Positions 61,691-64,000 of a stretch of 64,000 nucleotides of DNA are shown one piece after another. The stretch is from Balamuthia mandrillaris (Eukaryota): positions 186,001 through 250,000 of the forward strand of contig JAVKOQ020000019.1 of assembly GCA_031835245.2 (NCBI GenBank), in the 5' to 3' direction. Under the pieces are notes generated by a model. That model saw only the letters and a program-made list of their open reading frames with translations, made no database searches and had not been told where the DNA came from. Positions within the stretch are counted from its first letter, which is position 1. Every line of letters begins with the position of its first letter. The position numbers and the translations under genes were made by a program.

Positions 61691-62180
61691 GCAACACCTT
61701 ATGCGACCAAGAGCTAACAAAAAAGCGACCAGATAGAGAGCGTGGCAAGGAGCAAATCAGCCCCCCCACACACATGGTTCCCTCCCCCGCCCTTAGCTCT
61801 TGCTTCAAGACAGAGAGGTCTTTTCCCCCTCGACTTGCCTTTTCCACAGAGAGAGAGGTCGAATGGATGAAGAGAGAGGAGTCCACATTACGTGTTGTTA
61901 TTTTATTTTTTTAACAAACATTTATATATTTTGTAGGAGTATACATTGTTTTCTTTAATCCTTTTTTTTTTTGGTTTTTTTAACTTCATATAAAAGAAAA
62001 AGAAGAAAGAAAAGAAGAAAGAGTTTTGGTGTGTGCGTTGTGTGTTTTGTGTTTGTTATTTGTTAGTCGTACCTTTTTGTTTTAAAAAAAACTGTTCCAA
62101 AAAAGTGGAGATGAGGATGAAGCCACCAAGCCTTCTTCTTCGTTTTCTTCCTTCTTATCTTTTTTTTTTCTGCTCTCCAT

Positions 62181-63056
62181 TCAAACCGCTTCATCATCCT
62201 CTTCGCTGCTGTTATAATGACCGCCGTACGCAGAAGAAGGAGAGGCAATGGTGGGGGAGGAAGGAGGAGTTGGTTCCCCAGGGATGGAAGAGAGCATCTT
62301 TGAAAAATCGGGGCGTATCGGTCCGGCAAAGGCAGCCGGCAAAGGAGCCACCGCGAATGCTCCTTCCCGTCTTTGCTTTTTGTGCTGCTTGCCTTTCCAT
62401 CGTTCATCTTCTTCTTCCTTACGTTCCTCTTCTTCTGCATCTTCGTCTTCTTTTTGTTCTTCCTCTTCTCCTTCTTGTTCTTGTTCTTCTTGTTCTTCTT
62501 TCTCTCCTGCTTCTTCTTCATCTCTTTCTTCGTCTCCTTCCTCTCCTTTGTCTCCATCATCACTTGCTGCTTCTTCTTCCTCCTCCTCCTCGGTTCTTTC
62601 TCGTTTCCGCTTCTTCTTCACATGTCGCAACTTGCACCGCTCTCCCTCCGGACAAACGCCATGCAGCCGAAACGCCTGACAGACATTCGTATGCCTTAAC
62701 TTACAGCTCGCTCCATCCGGACAAAAACCCTCTCTCGAAAATGCCGGACAAACCTCTGCGTTGGCATTCACATAGACATGAGAGTAAGGGCAGTCCTCTC
62801 TGTTGCACACACCACGAAGGAAGTGATAGCATACAGGCATGGTTTGCTCGCGCGTGGCAAGACTGTGAGAGAGCGGGCAGGTCCTGGCGTCGAGGAGGCA
62901 TTGTCCTTTGAGAAACTTGCGACAGATGGCCACTTTGGATCGGTCGTGGAGGTGTGGGCATTTGTCACCTTTTCTGCATTTGCCTGCATGTTTAACAACG
63001 TTGTTAAACAACGAGATGATCAACCGATTCGAAGAGAAAATCGAAGAGGAGAGAGT

Positions 63057-63093
<37 letters not shown>

Positions 63094-64000
63094 AGATTGA
63101 GAGTAAAGTAGCGCACCAAATTTGTTGAAAAACAAACAAAGTCGTTTGGACCGCTCTGCCTTCTTGGCTTGGGTTGCTCTGGCTATGTTCAATGCACTTC
63201 GTCTTCGTCGACGACTGAAAAACAATGGAACCTTTAAGAAAATGGACGAGACAGAGAGACAGAGAGAGACGGGGTGGCGCACATTGGGATTTGCAAGTTG
63301 GCGTTGTCCTTGCGAAGGATCAAAGAATGCCCATTTTTGGCTTTGGTGTAGGTGGATCCGTTGATTACGATTCGTTTGGGCACGCGAGCATTGCGTTGAG
63401 GTGTGGTTGAAGCCTTTGATCCTCCGTGATCTTCCGCTTCTTCGACTTTGCGAAGCGTTCTGCCGGTTGCATCCATTTTGTACAATATTCCGTTTATCGT
63501 CAACGTGTCCCCTGCTATAATAAACGCATTAAAATGACACATTGTTTCAGTTCGAAAGAGAAGTGAATGAGGATAGAAGGAGAGGAGGAGAGATAAAGGA
63601 AGGAAGGAGCCAGGAGAGAAGGAAAGAAGGAAGAACCAAGCGGGAAGAAGATGAAAAGGTTGCCAATAATATTTTTACCCTGAGAACGCGAGACAGGTGT
63701 GGTTTCCTTAGAAGAAGAGCTGGTGGTTGCATTCTGTGCAGCTGAAGGAGCAGTGTTGACTAAACTCTTGTTGGCAAACTTTTTGCCACGACGTAGGCTG
63801 GCACGGCCGATAAAAGAAGAAGCGGCGCCTCCTCTCCCCCTCGCTCTTCCTCTGAGCGAAAAAGGAGAGAAGGAATACGCAGGAAAGGAAGAAGAAGAAG
63901 AATAGGAATAACGACGACGAAGCAGCTGAGGAGAAGGCCGAAGAGAAGAAGAGAACCGCAGTTTCGTGATGGTGGAGCTCTCTTTCTCCTTTTGCTGTGG
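62181..64000 (-). CDS. Tandem CCCH zinc-finger protein, ZC3H3-like (5' part outside window)
   Basis: Five C-x7/8-C-x4/5-C-x3-H fingers: CLFFNKFGKC, VAICRKFLKG, MPVCYHFLRG, AEVCPAF, NVCQAF; acidic tail. Confidence 0.85.

Overview
Gene-dense, intron-rich eukaryotic nuclear DNA. It is most consistent with a free-living amoebozoan of the Acanthamoeba/Balamuthia type; this is an inference from a CudA-like gene, a Clu-LRR protein and the intron style. About 26 protein-coding genes can be assembled by hand from GT-AG exons: DUF4397 protein, peroxisomal ABCD transporter, mitoribosomal mS23, TOM1/THH1-like membrane protein, GT2 glycosyltransferase, RapGAP, BAR-like protein, UBZ-FERM-OTU protein, two tandem Cys-rich 2-TM proteins, F-box/WD40, LZIC, LIM protein, Clu-TPR-LRR protein, polo-like kinase, S53 peptidase, HSP20, Rieske protein, SET protein, CudA-like factor, homeobox, a small 3-exon membrane protein, BTB/KCTD, BRCT-WGR-SAPS-like protein, ZC3H3-like protein and a few hypotheticals. 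There is one tRNA-Val(CAC). Most long low-complexity ORFs in the track are artefacts of intronic microsatellites. The most notable non-coding signals are: (i) a ~117-bp element present twice, 17 kb apart and inverted (9046-9163 and 26458-26573), with a hairpin conserved via G-U pairs; (ii) an alternating five-copy tRNA T-arm/B-box array with unique spacers next to the second copy; (iii) a recurring TGTCGACA palindrome in promoter regions; (iv) an intergenic GNRA-capped hairpin. Splice models and domain calls were made by eye and are not confirmed by searches.
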